Assembly (NCBI RefSeq): GCF_001545095.1
Contig: NZ_CP013213.1
Span: 1,200,001 to 1,232,000, forward strand
Direction: 5' to 3'
From: Erysipelothrix larvae
GTDB taxonomy: Bacteria > Bacillota_I > Bacilli_A > Erysipelotrichales > Erysipelotrichaceae
DNA length: 32,000 nucleotides
The position numbers were made by a program, and so were the translations under genes. Position 1 is the first letter of the stretch, and each line of letters opens with the position of its first letter. This document shows positions 22,809 to 31,999 of the stretch, one piece after another. The notes beneath the pieces were generated by a model. It had not been told where the DNA came from and did no database searches. It was given only the letters and a program-made list of their open reading frames with translations.

Positions 22809-23257
22809 ATGCTTTAACAGAGCGTGATGGTATAAAAACCTTTTCATTTACAATCTAATTCTCATTTTTAAATTCAATTATTTCTGATGTATGAATATCT
22901 TTCAGATCGAATAGCAGTTTATGTTTTCTTTGTTTAATTGATGAAAATTTAGATCTCCGTTTGATTTTTTATGTCATCAGAATTTGCAGAATTAACAGAC
23001 CCCTCAACCAAATCTTTATTGAACAGAGATTGCGCTATAAAACCCTATGATCCCACCATAAACCTAAGACTTGAACATAAGGTATCTCACGATGATCGAG
23101 CAAAGAAAACAGGATATACTTTCAAGATGGCACATATGCACTTAAGTCGTTTAAGATAACTCAAGAAACATCACGCAGGAATCTTATTGTGTCAATCCAT
23201 GAATCTTTGAAGCATGGATAATTGTTTTATCATAGATCAAACTATGCATAGTATACA

Positions 23258-23980
23258 CTACATTAGTCGTGTAAAGGTTGTATGCAATCCTAATACAAAA
23301 TACATGATGGTGAAGAAAGCTGTGTGGAAAAGGACAAACAATACAAAATCCTTCAAGACGCCTTTTTGTTTAAAATGTTTCCATAAGCGTTTTGTGAATT
23401 GAATGGGGTGTAGAATATCCCATGAGTTAAATCGAATATACCGTCCCATGTAAACCCCGATTGCAACAAAGAGATTGATAATAACAGCAGTCCCAATAAG
23501 TTTAAGCATCCCCTGTTTTGTAATTACTTCGGGGTCAATTGCAACAATAATAGTAAGCTGTACAAGAACGATGTTTGTAAGAGTATTAAAGATACCTGAT
23601 AATGCAAACGATAAAATCGATACTATGTCATACCAAATAGGGACTTCATGTTCGTCTTGTTCACGGTGATTTAAGTTCAGTTCAGTAATTAAATAACCTG
23701 AGTTAGGTAAAATAAGAAGCCAAATAAAAAGTCCAACGAAGAATACACCATAAGCTATGTAATTAAAGTAGCGTATTGAGAACACTGAATAGAAATAAAG
23801 CATTACAAAAAACAAACCAAGAAATGCGATGAGAATCACAAATGGTAAGAGGGATAACTTAAAGTTCCATACCATTGGTCTATACAGTGATACATGATAA
23901 ATCTTTGGTCTGAATCGAATGGTGATGTATGCAAATACATTAATTAATAGTACTGCAAGAAATAATGATTGAATATCCAT
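23258..23980 (-). CDS. DUF1361 family membrane protein
   Basis: ORF 23258..24004 trimmed to ATG 23980 after AAAGGAGA (MDIQSLFLAVLL..). Polytopic, with ..LPNSGYLITELNLNH.. resembling the conserved DUF1361 block. Confidence 0.8.
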   Translation of the reverse strand: MDIQSLFLAVLLINVFAYITIRFRPKIYHVSLYRPMVWNFKLSLLPFVILIAFLGLFFVMLYFYSVFSIRYFNYIAYGVFFVGLFIWLLILPNSGYLITELNLNHREQDEHEVPIWYDIVSILSFALSGIFNTLTNIVLVQLTIIVAIDPEVITKQGMLKLIGTAVIINLFVAIGVYMGRYIRFNSWDILHPIQFTKRLWKHFKQKGVLKDFVLFVLFHTAFFTIMYFVLGLHTTFTRLM

Positions 23981-24012
23981 AGTATCTCCTTTCTTTAAGA
24001 ACACGGTTTATT

Positions 24013-24058
24013 TAAAAAAGAGAAGCATGTGTGATTTTGAAGTCACCACGCTTCTCTT
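24013..24058 (-). terminator. Intrinsic terminator after ftsK
   Basis: The minus strand reads AGAGAAGC..(23 nt, partly paired)..GCTTCTCT followed by TTTTTTAAAT. Confidence 0.75.
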
Positions 24059-24060
24059 TG

Positions 24061-26415
24061 TTATGAACTTTGATTTGCTTCTTCGTATTCCTCGATTGTG
24101 CGATATCTAACTTCACGTGGTTTACTACCTTGTGGTGGCCCAATAATACCTTCTTGTTCCATTGCATCAATCAAACTGGCTGCTCGATTGTATCCAATAC
24201 GATATTGCCGTTGTAGAAACGACGTAGAAGCCTTTTGTTGCTTAATTACAAATAAGATAGCTTCCTCATAGAGTGGGTCATCTTGCGTCGCTACAAAGCC
24301 GCTAGAACCCCCGCCTGTGTCAAGTGAGATAAAGGAATCACTATATTGGGGTGCTGCTTGCTTACTTGCATACGAAGCAATTGAGTTTACCTCTTCATCA
24401 GATACGTAGACCCCTTGAACACGTGTTGGATTGGGCTCTCCCATCGGGATGTAAAGCATATCACCATATCCAAGGAGTTTTTCTGCACCTGTTGTATCTA
24501 AAATGGTACGTGAATCAACTGCACTGGATACAGCAAATGCGATGCGTGATGGAATGTTGGCTTTAATAATTCCTGTTACGACATCAACGGATGGTCTTTG
24601 TGTTGCGACGATTAAATGAATCCCTGCTGCTCGAGCAAGTTGGGTTATCCGTTGAATTGAAACTTCAACATCTTTACCCGCAACAGCCATCAAATCAGCA
24701 AGCTCATCAATGATTACAACAATCCAAGGCATGGGTTTCATGTCTGAATTTTCATGATGTGTTTTGACTTTTTCATTAAAACTTGTGATATTACGTACAC
24801 CGGATTTTGAGAATGTGTCGTAACGACGATCCATCTCTTCAACAACCAACTTCAATGCTGATGTTGCTTGCATCGGATCTGAAATTACAGGAGCCATGAG
24901 ATGTGGAATATTCGCATACGCGGTAAATTCCACTTTCTTTGGATCAATTAATAATAATTTCAATTCATCCGGCTTTTTCGTTAATAATATTGATGTAATA
25001 ATTGAATTCATACACACTGATTTACCACTACCAGTTGCACCTGCAACCAATAAGTGTGGCATTTTATTTAAGGCAACTGAAACAGGTTCCCCTAACAAGT
25101 TCTTTCCTAAAGCAACCCAAACATTATCCGATTCATAAAAGTTGGTGCTTTGTAATACAATATCTTTCATACGTACTGGCACCATCTCAATATTGGGTAT
25201 TTCAATACCAACTGCAGATTTACCCGGAATTGGTGCTTCAATACGCAATGATTTTACAGCAAGTTCCATCATGATATTGTCTTGTATGGATGATATTCTA
25301 CTGATTTTCACATTTGAATCAGGTTTCACTTCAAACTTTGTTACCGCAGGGCCAATATGGATATTGATTAATTCTGCATCAATTCCAAATTGTTTTAACA
25401 CTTCAATAAGTCGTCTTCCTTTTTCTTTAGCAGATCCTTGATTCGAATTTGATCGTGATCCAGTAGATCTTTCAAGCAGTGCCTTAGGTGGAAGTCGATA
25501 GTTTTCATAAGTATTCGGTAAGTTTTGTGGTGGTGTAATTGGTTGTGTAATGGTAGATGCTTGTGTATTTGAAGCATTCAAATGACGTTGCACATCAAAC
25601 ATTTCAGTTTGATCTTGCGCAAGTTGCGATTCATCTTCAAGTTCAAGTTCCATTTGTTTTCCAGGCTTCTCATCATAATCGATAAATAATGATGCGTTTT
25701 TAGAATCATGGCTTGGATTCATCTTTTTAATCAGACTTTCAGATTGATGATCTTGAACTAAATCATCCAAAGGATCATATTCATCATCTTGTGAGTCTGG
25801 ATTGTCATCTTTAACGGGAACCATTTTCTTAGCAACTTTTGAAACACCCTTAGCACCCTTAACAAGATGCTTTGATCCAGTTGAAATTGATTGCATGATT
25901 TTACGTGGTGTAAAGATTAAGGCAATAATGACAAGGATTAATAAAACAACGAAAACAATCGTTCCTTCACGAGCAATCAAAAAGCTTGAAATTGAATACA
26001 GCACCGATCCTATAATACCACCATAAGCATAAGCGCTTCTTTGAGAATAAACATCACGAATTGAATTAAAAAAGCTATTGAAGGCCTGTTGCCCTACTAA
26101 GTCTTGATCTTGGGGAAACCCTAATATCATCAAAAATGCAACGGTTGATAAGCACAGAGCTATAATATATCGTTTAGGTTGTTTCTTCACAAATTTAGGG
26201 CTGATCATTAGTGCACCAGTTAAAGCAATAATGATACCAAAGAGCACTTGAGGGTATTGACCAAATAGGACTCTAAACGACCCAAATAAAATTGTGCCAA
26301 GCCAACCTAACTCAAACATCCCAACAACCGCAAGTAAAATTACGATTAGTCCATAGACGAATCGTAAAAGGTCTTGTTGTTGTTGCTTTTTTGATTTTGA
26401 TTTAGATTTTGCCAT
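24061..26415 (-). CDS. ftsK: DNA translocase FtsK/SpoIIIE
   Basis: ORF 24061..26415, 784 aa. N-terminal TM segments and a Q/P/D-rich linker. Motor domain with Walker A GATGSGKS and Walker B VVIIDELADL. C-terminal winged-helix gamma domain (..ASTSFLQRQYRIGYNRAASLID..). Confidence 0.95.
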   Translation of the reverse strand: MAKSKSKSKKQQQQDLLRFVYGLIVILLAVVGMFELGWLGTILFGSFRVLFGQYPQVLFGIIIALTGALMISPKFVKKQPKRYIIALCLSTVAFLMILGFPQDQDLVGQQAFNSFFNSIRDVYSQRSAYAYGGIIGSVLYSISSFLIAREGTIVFVVLLILVIIALIFTPRKIMQSISTGSKHLVKGAKGVSKVAKKMVPVKDDNPDSQDDEYDPLDDLVQDHQSESLIKKMNPSHDSKNASLFIDYDEKPGKQMELELEDESQLAQDQTEMFDVQRHLNASNTQASTITQPITPPQNLPNTYENYRLPPKALLERSTGSRSNSNQGSAKEKGRRLIEVLKQFGIDAELINIHIGPAVTKFEVKPDSNVKISRISSIQDNIMMELAVKSLRIEAPIPGKSAVGIEIPNIEMVPVRMKDIVLQSTNFYESDNVWVALGKNLLGEPVSVALNKMPHLLVAGATGSGKSVCMNSIITSILLTKKPDELKLLLIDPKKVEFTAYANIPHLMAPVISDPMQATSALKLVVEEMDRRYDTFSKSGVRNITSFNEKVKTHHENSDMKPMPWIVVIIDELADLMAVAGKDVEVSIQRITQLARAAGIHLIVATQRPSVDVVTGIIKANIPSRIAFAVSSAVDSRTILDTTGAEKLLGYGDMLYIPMGEPNPTRVQGVYVSDEEVNSIASYASKQAAPQYSDSFISLDTGGGSSGFVATQDDPLYEEAILFVIKQQKASTSFLQRQYRIGYNRAASLIDAMEQEGIIGPPQGSKPREVRYRTIEEYEEANQSS

Positions 26416-26422
26416 AGTCCCT

Positions 26423-28084
26423 CTACTGAGTATTAATCTCGATAATTACTGGAAGAATCATCGGACGTTTTCCAGTTTCTTTATACATAAATCGTGAAAT
26501 TTGATCACGTGCTTCATTACGAGCACTCATGTTATCGTATTTGTTATCTTTTACAAATTGTTCAATCGTACGTTCAAGGATTGCGCCAACTTCTTTCACA
26601 ATATTATCTGCATCTTTTAAATAGATAACACCGCGTGATTGAACGTCTGGTCCTCCAAGAATCTCTTTGGTTTTATGATCAATAACCATACCCACAATGA
26701 TTGCGCCATCAGTAGCCAGTGTTTTACGATCACGTAAGACAAGTCCACCCGAATCTAAATGGTCATTGCCATCAATCAGAACTTCTTCAAGTTTAATGAG
26801 TTCTTGCATACCAGCAAGTTCACCATTTTCAAATGTCACAACTTGACCATTATCAAGTACAACAATATTTTTTGCTTGGATTCCTAAGTCAAGTGCGATG
26901 TTTGCATTCGCAACAAGGTTTTGGAATTCACCTTTAACCGGCACAACAAATTTTGGTTTTAAAAGGTATAACATCATCTTAATATCTTCTTCTGATGCAT
27001 GCATTGAGTACACTTCTTTATAATTTAGTGAATGAATGTTCACGCCTTCTTTAAAGAGTTCATTTTCCATTGCCCCTGCTTCAACTTCAGTACCTGGTAC
27101 AATTGGTGAACCAATAATTACGGTATCTGATTCGCGAAGTGTGATTCGTTTGTCTCCACCGATTGCAATGCTATTTAGGGTTCTAAACACATTTGGTCCA
27201 ACATCTGATACAATGACAAGAACATTTTCCATGTCATTTGAAAATTGACGATCAGAAAGTTCAAGTCCAGCAGGCATGTTATAATAGCGCAACTTTTCAA
27301 GATGACGCATTAGTTTCCGCTGATTCTCATTATAGAAGTAGATTTTTCGATTAAAACGGTTCGCCATTTCAATAACTTCAATCAGACGGTAAATATTTTG
27401 ATCATACAATGAAATGATGATTCGGTCATTAGTGTCTTCAAATACGCGTTCAATACGATCGGATATACGGTGACTTGGAGATGTAAATCCTGGACGTTTA
27501 GCACCAACGGATTCCACAGTCATCATGAATACACCTTTTTTGCCTAATTCAGCTAAAACGGAGACATCACTTCCAAATGATTTATAGCGTACATCAAAAT
27601 CAAATACATACTCAGCAGTATGAATCACATAGCCTTGATCAGTATCAAAAGCAAAACCAATGGTATCTTGAATGGAGTGTGTTAACCCAAAAGCAAACAC
27701 CTTTCGTCCATCAACCTTAAAATGGGCATTGCGTTTAATCCGATTAATTTTAATATTTTTAATTTTTTCTTCTTTAAGTTTATCTTCCAGTACAAGCGCA
27801 GTAAATGCTGTAGTATAAACCGGTGCTTTAACTTCTTTTAATAGAAAAGTAATTGCACCCATTACATCGTCGTGCGCATGCGTCAGAAAAACACCTTTTA
27901 CACGATCTTTGCGTGCAACAAGGTATGAAAAATCTGGAATGATATACTCGACGCCTAAAAACTCACCTTCTGGATAACGAACACCTGCATCAATTACGTA
28001 GATATCGTCATTTAATTCCAAAACGGATATATTCTTTCCATCTTCATCATTACCACCTAGTGTAAAAAAACGAATTTTATCCAT
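26423..28084 (-). CDS. rnj: Ribonuclease J (beta-CASP metallo-beta-lactamase RNase)
   Basis: ORF 26423..28084, 553 aa. Contains ..VFLTHAHDDVMGA.. (HxHxDH-type) and beta-CASP motifs. Length and C-terminal domain are typical of RNase J1/J2. Confidence 0.95.
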   Translation of the reverse strand: MDKIRFFTLGGNDEDGKNISVLELNDDIYVIDAGVRYPEGEFLGVEYIIPDFSYLVARKDRVKGVFLTHAHDDVMGAITFLLKEVKAPVYTTAFTALVLEDKLKEEKIKNIKINRIKRNAHFKVDGRKVFAFGLTHSIQDTIGFAFDTDQGYVIHTAEYVFDFDVRYKSFGSDVSVLAELGKKGVFMMTVESVGAKRPGFTSPSHRISDRIERVFEDTNDRIIISLYDQNIYRLIEVIEMANRFNRKIYFYNENQRKLMRHLEKLRYYNMPAGLELSDRQFSNDMENVLVIVSDVGPNVFRTLNSIAIGGDKRITLRESDTVIIGSPIVPGTEVEAGAMENELFKEGVNIHSLNYKEVYSMHASEEDIKMMLYLLKPKFVVPVKGEFQNLVANANIALDLGIQAKNIVVLDNGQVVTFENGELAGMQELIKLEEVLIDGNDHLDSGGLVLRDRKTLATDGAIIVGMVIDHKTKEILGGPDVQSRGVIYLKDADNIVKEVGAILERTIEQFVKDNKYDNMSARNEARDQISRFMYKETGKRPMILPVIIEINTQ

Positions 28085-28148
28085 AGAAACTCCTTAAATT
28101 ATATTTTTACTTTCATTTATATCTATTATACACGAAAAAGTTCGAATC

Positions 28149-28931
28149 TCACACACTTGGCGCTTCAACAAATGAAATTGTTTCGATTTTCACTGATTTT
28201 TTCGTGACATCATCAACACTAACCACAATTGCATTGATCATCGATTGTCCTTCGGCTACTTTAAAGTATGTTTTTTCACCCAATACCATCGATTGATACA
28301 GCTCATCAAAATCGCGTCCGATAATTGAATCCACAGCACCACACATTCCAACATCTGTTATATAGGCTGTACTGCCAATCATTCGTGCATCATTGGTTTG
28401 AACATGCGTATGTGTCCCAACAAGGCACCCAATTTTATCTTTGTATAAGGTCGCCATAAATTGCTTCTCACTGGTTGACTCAGCGTGATAATCAACAAAA
28501 TAATAATCAGCTTGAACCTTTTCCAATACATGTTCCATATAGGGGTATGGTGCATCCCCTACCCGATTCATAAACGCCTCTCCATACAAATTAACAACAC
28601 AAAGTGTCATATCCTTCACCTTATAAACTTTATAGTATTTACCAAAATCTAAAGGTTCAATATTTGCTGGAATGAGTAAATCTTCTGTGTCTGCATAAAA
28701 ATCATAAATTTCGCGTTTTGCAAAGGCGTGATTTCCTAGTGTAATACAATCAATACCCAGATTTTTGAATTGATTGTATATTTTTCGCGTGATTCCTTTG
28801 CCATGTGCAGCATTTTCACCATTGCATATTGTGAAATCAATGCTGTACTTGCTTTTTAAGCAAGACAAATGGTCAGCTACAATACGCCGACCACTTGCTC
28901 CTACTATGTCCCCTATAAAGAGAATATTCAT
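28149..28931 (-). CDS. ymdB: YmdB-family metallophosphoesterase (2',3'-cyclic-nucleotide 2'-phosphodiesterase)
   Basis: ORF 28149..28931. Contains MNILFIGDIVG.., ..ICNGENAAHGKG.., ..LGNH.. and ..GTHTHVQTND.. The start overlaps the rny stop (TAATG). Confidence 0.9.
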   Translation of the reverse strand: MNILFIGDIVGASGRRIVADHLSCLKSKYSIDFTICNGENAAHGKGITRKIYNQFKNLGIDCITLGNHAFAKREIYDFYADTEDLLIPANIEPLDFGKYYKVYKVKDMTLCVVNLYGEAFMNRVGDAPYPYMEHVLEKVQADYYFVDYHAESTSEKQFMATLYKDKIGCLVGTHTHVQTNDARMIGSTAYITDVGMCGAVDSIIGRDFDELYQSMVLGEKTYFKVAEGQSMINAIVVSVDDVTKKSVKIETISFVEAPSV

Positions 28932-30487
28932 TATTTTGCGAGTTCCTGTGCTCGTAATTCACGAATCACAGTAACTTTGATTTGACCTGGGTATGTCAAT
29001 TGTTCTTCGATTTCTTCACGAATTTCTCGTGCAAGTTTTGTTGTTTGTAAATCATCGACTTCGTTTGGAACAACCATAACACGAAGTTCACGTCCAGCTG
29101 AAATTGCGAATACGCGTTGAACACCTTCTTTGGTGCTTGCGATTGCTTCAAGATCTTCAAGACGTTGAATATAGTTTTCAAAGGATTCAAATCGTGCACC
29201 AGGTCTTGCAGCACTTAGTGCATCCGCAGCAGCTACAAGCACAGAAATTGCGCTAGTTGCTTCTGTATCACCGTGGTGTGATGCAATCGCATTGATAACC
29301 ACAGGGTGTTCTTTACATTTTTTCGCAAGACGAACACCAAGTTCGACATGGCTTCCTTCCATTTCAAAGTCAAGTCCTTTACCAATATCATGGAAAAGTC
29401 CTGCTCGTTTCGCAAGCTTTTGGCTTAACCCAAGCTCAGCTGCCATCATCCCCGCAAGGTGGGCAACTTCAACTGAATGCGAAAGCGCATTTTGACCATA
29501 CGAATAACGGTATTTCAATCGCCCTAATACGGCAACTAATTCTTTATCAACTTTACCAATTCCTAATTCAAAGAGTGTGTCTTGTCCTGTTTTTAGAATT
29601 ACTTGATTTAGGTCTTTACGAACTTTTTCAACAACTTCTTCAATACGTCCGGGTTGAATTCTTCCATCTTGAACTAATGTTTCAAGTGAAAGCTTCGCAA
29701 TCTCACGACGAATTGGATCAAAACAGGATACAGTAATTACTTCAGGAGTATCATCAATAATTAAATCAACACCTGTGGCTTGTTCAAAGGCACGAATATT
29801 TCGGCCTTCACGACCAATGATCCGACCCTTCATTTCTTCATTTGGTAACGAAATCACGGATGATGTATTATGGACTACTTCATCTTGTGAGTAACGAGAA
29901 ATCGCAAGCGAAATAATATTACGAGATATTTCTTCTGCACGTAAGTGCGCTTGTTCTTCTTGTTCTTTAATATAAGCTAATGTTTCATTTTCCATTTGCT
30001 TTTCTACGACATCAAACAATTCTGCTTTTGCAGCGTCTACTGACATATTTGATACGCGTTCTAATTCTGCAAGTTGTACATCAATTCTTTCTTGAAGTAC
30101 ACTCTCCATCTTATCCAATGAAGCTTTCTTGGACTCTAATTCACGTTGTTTTTTACTAATTTCTTTTTCTTTTTCAACTAGATTTGCATCTTTAAAACTC
30201 AGGTTATCTTCACGTCTCCCAAGTTTATTTTCAAAATCTTGTAGTTCTTTTCGTTGAACTTTAAGTTCTTTTTCTGCATTCAGTTTAATCTCATAAGCCT
30301 GTGTCTTCGCTTCTAAAGTAGCTTGGCGAACATGGTTATCAGCTTTTGTCTGTGCTTCGTTCATTAGGTTACGTGCTTCCATACGTGCACGATTTAATCC
30401 AAGTCTATCCATTACAATTGTAATTACGATTGTAACGACTAATACTATCAATGCGGATAAGATGCCAATCAATAATTCTTTTGGCAT
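28931..30487 (-). CDS. rny: Ribonuclease Y (membrane anchor, KH and HD domains)
   Basis: ORF 28931..30559 trimmed to ATG 30487 after AGGAGAG (MPKELLIGILSALIVLVV..). Coiled-coil region, KH domain ..GRIIGREGRNIRAFE.. and HD domain ..HSVEVAHLAG..LFHDIGK.. Confidence 0.95.
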   Translation of the reverse strand: MPKELLIGILSALIVLVVTIVITIVMDRLGLNRARMEARNLMNEAQTKADNHVRQATLEAKTQAYEIKLNAEKELKVQRKELQDFENKLGRREDNLSFKDANLVEKEKEISKKQRELESKKASLDKMESVLQERIDVQLAELERVSNMSVDAAKAELFDVVEKQMENETLAYIKEQEEQAHLRAEEISRNIISLAISRYSQDEVVHNTSSVISLPNEEMKGRIIGREGRNIRAFEQATGVDLIIDDTPEVITVSCFDPIRREIAKLSLETLVQDGRIQPGRIEEVVEKVRKDLNQVILKTGQDTLFELGIGKVDKELVAVLGRLKYRYSYGQNALSHSVEVAHLAGMMAAELGLSQKLAKRAGLFHDIGKGLDFEMEGSHVELGVRLAKKCKEHPVVINAIASHHGDTEATSAISVLVAAADALSAARPGARFESFENYIQRLEDLEAIASTKEGVQRVFAISAGRELRVMVVPNEVDDLQTTKLAREIREEIEEQLTYPGQIKVTVIRELRAQELAK

Positions 30488-30532
30488 ATTTTCTCTCCTA
30501 AATTTTTTTATCATTAGTTTCCTAATACATAT

Positions 30533-30561
30533 ATAATACTTTATTTTCGCTGTTTTCACAA
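30533..30561 (-). promoter_or_regulatory. Candidate sigmaA promoter of rny (TTGTGA-N17-TATTAT)
   Basis: -35 at 30561..30556 and -10 at 30538..30533, about 45 nt upstream of ATG 30487. Confidence 0.45.
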
Positions 30562-30562
30562 G

Positions 30563-30592
30563 TTGAAAGTGTTATATTGTGTGATTTAAAAT
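30563..30592 (+). promoter_or_regulatory. Candidate sigmaA promoter of the CapA-family gene (TTGAAA-N18-TAAAAT), back-to-back with the rny promoter
   Basis: -35 at 30563-30568 and -10 at 30587-30592. Confidence 0.35.
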
Positions 30593-30651
30593 CTTGTTTG
30601 ATTATTGATTTTAAGTATGGTATCGTTAAATTTGAATTACAGGAGGAAAAC

Positions 30652-31839
30652 ATGAAACAACGCAACCGATGGTTGTTACCGATACTTGCAATTTTGATTG
30701 TTGTATTTGGTGGTAGCCTTACTTACATTGCATTAAATAAAAACAAACAACCTGATATTGTTAAACCGACACCTGATCCAACACCTGAACCAACACCAGA
30801 TCCTGTTGATAAAGTTACAAGTGTGGATGTATTAACACTGGGTGATTTATTATATCATCAGTCATTTCTAGGAGATCCTTCTGTTGATGCATTCTCTTTA
30901 AATTTCAAGCATATGACATCGTATTTTGATGCTTCAGACCTTGTAATAGGAAATTATGAGACTACAACAAACCCAAACATGCAATATCAAGGATATCCAT
31001 TGCTCAACACACCTAAAGAAGCGATTACAGCTATCAAAAACGCAGGTATTGATGTATTAAACACCAACAACAACCACAGCATGGATTCTCGTTTAGAAGG
31101 CGTGAAAACAACGCTGGAACACATTCGTGCTGAAGGACTTAAAACTGTTGGAACAAATCTTGCTGGCGAAGACAAACGTCTTGACTTAGAAATCAATGAA
31201 ATTAAGATTGGAATTCTATCTTATAGCTTTGGTTACAATGGTTTTGAAGCTAACTTGACTCATGAAGAAATGACTACTTTATTATCGGTCATTGATGAAG
31301 GTCTTATGAAATCACAGATTGCAGAAAGTAAAGCAAAAAATGATGCAACCTTAGTAATCATGCACTGGGGTGTTGAATATCAAATCAATGCAAATTCAAA
31401 CCAAAAAGCATTGGCACAGAAACTCGCTGAATGGGGTGTTGATGTTGTTATTGGCGGACACCCACACGTCGTACAAGAAACTGAAATGATTGATAATACT
31501 TATGTGATCTATTCATTAGGAAACTTTGTATCCAACCAACGCTATGAATCGCTCAAAAGCGAGCCTGAAGTTACTGATGCATACGAAACAGAACGCGGGC
31601 TTGTCGCTGGATTTACAATCACAAAAGACCACCAATCCGGTAAAGTCACAATTGATAACAAAACATACATTCCAACATGGGTGAATCGTTACGAAATTAA
31701 TGGAAATCGTTATTATGAAGTAATCCCAACTGAAGACTATATTGCAGACTCTAGCAAATTTGATCACATCACAAGTGATTTAGACACTCGTATACGAAAA
31801 ACACAACAAATTATCATGGACCGTGTCAGTGGTTCTTAA
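30652..31839 (+). CDS. CapA/PGA_cap family metallophosphatase-like protein, membrane anchored
   Basis: ORF 30577..31839 trimmed to ATG 30652 after AGGAGG (MKQRNRWLLPILAILIVVFGG..). Contains ..LGDLLYH.., ..GNYET.., ..NNHSMD.. and ..MHWGVEY..GGHPHVVQ..YSLGNFVSNQ.. as in CapA-type proteins. Confidence 0.85.
   Translation: MKQRNRWLLPILAILIVVFGGSLTYIALNKNKQPDIVKPTPDPTPEPTPDPVDKVTSVDVLTLGDLLYHQSFLGDPSVDAFSLNFKHMTSYFDASDLVIGNYETTTNPNMQYQGYPLLNTPKEAITAIKNAGIDVLNTNNNHSMDSRLEGVKTTLEHIRAEGLKTVGTNLAGEDKRLDLEINEIKIGILSYSFGYNGFEANLTHEEMTTLLSVIDEGLMKSQIAESKAKNDATLVIMHWGVEYQINANSNQKALAQKLAEWGVDVVIGGHPHVVQETEMIDNTYVIYSLGNFVSNQRYESLKSEPEVTDAYETERGLVAGFTITKDHQSGKVTIDNKTYIPTWVNRYEINGNRYYEVIPTEDYIADSSKFDHITSDLDTRIRKTQQIIMDRVSGS
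30769..30804 (+). repeat. 3 x 12-nt imperfect in-frame tandem repeat encoding a (TPDP/TPEP) linker
   Basis: ACACCTGATCCA / ACACCTGAACCA / ACACCAGATCCT, encoding ..PTPDPTPEPTPDP.. directly after the membrane anchor of the CapA-like protein. Confidence 0.6.
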
Positions 31840-31842
31840 CGA

Positions 31843-31870
31843 AAAAGAAGCAGAAATTTCTGCTTCTTTT
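31843..31870. terminator. Bidirectional intrinsic terminator between convergent genes
   Basis: AAAAGAAGCAGAAA / TTTCTGCTTCTTTT is a perfect palindrome, with an A-run on the 5' side and a T-run on the 3' side. Confidence 0.8.
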
Positions 31871-31876
31871 CATATT

Positions 31877-31999
31877 CTATGACCGTTTAATTACAATTTT
31901 TACTCTAAATCCACGTGAACTATAATAAGAATCCGCACCATTATGGTATACAAAGACAGTATTATATCTAAAATCACAAAACAACGCTCCACCTAGGTC
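31877..31999 (-). CDS. C-terminal 40 codons of a convergent gene truncated by the window edge; product unknown
   Basis: Open frame on the minus strand: DLGGALFCDFRYNTVFVYHNGADSYYSSRGFRVKIVIKRS*. It ends at TAG 31879..31877, just before the bidirectional terminator. Confidence 0.35.
   Translation of the reverse strand, partial: DLGGALFCDFRYNTVFVYHNGADSYYSSRGFRVKIVIKRS

Noticed and set aside
22971-23159. 62-aa plus-strand ORF downstream of tRNA-Leu
   Set aside because: It has no SD or convincing promoter, is hydrophilic, and has no motif I recognise. The hairpin at 23195-23219 could terminate such a transcript, but the evidence is too thin to call a gene.
22684-23257. tRNA-Leu as an attachment site of an integrated element
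   Set aside because: I found no duplicate of the tRNA 3' end (GGTTCGAGTCCGTCCTTGGGCACCA or fragments) by eye in the flanks. There is no integrase, recombinase or phage-like gene nearby.
24351-26026. Five plus-strand ORFs (60-99 aa) inside ftsK
   Set aside because: All are antisense shadows of the 784-aa FtsK frame. None has an RBS or recognisable domains.
28085-28148. Internal promoter for rnj (TATAAT on the minus strand in the ymdB-rnj gap)
   Set aside because: There is a good -10 hexamer but no acceptable -35 or TG extension at the right spacing. It is mentioned under the RNase cluster finding but not listed as a feature.
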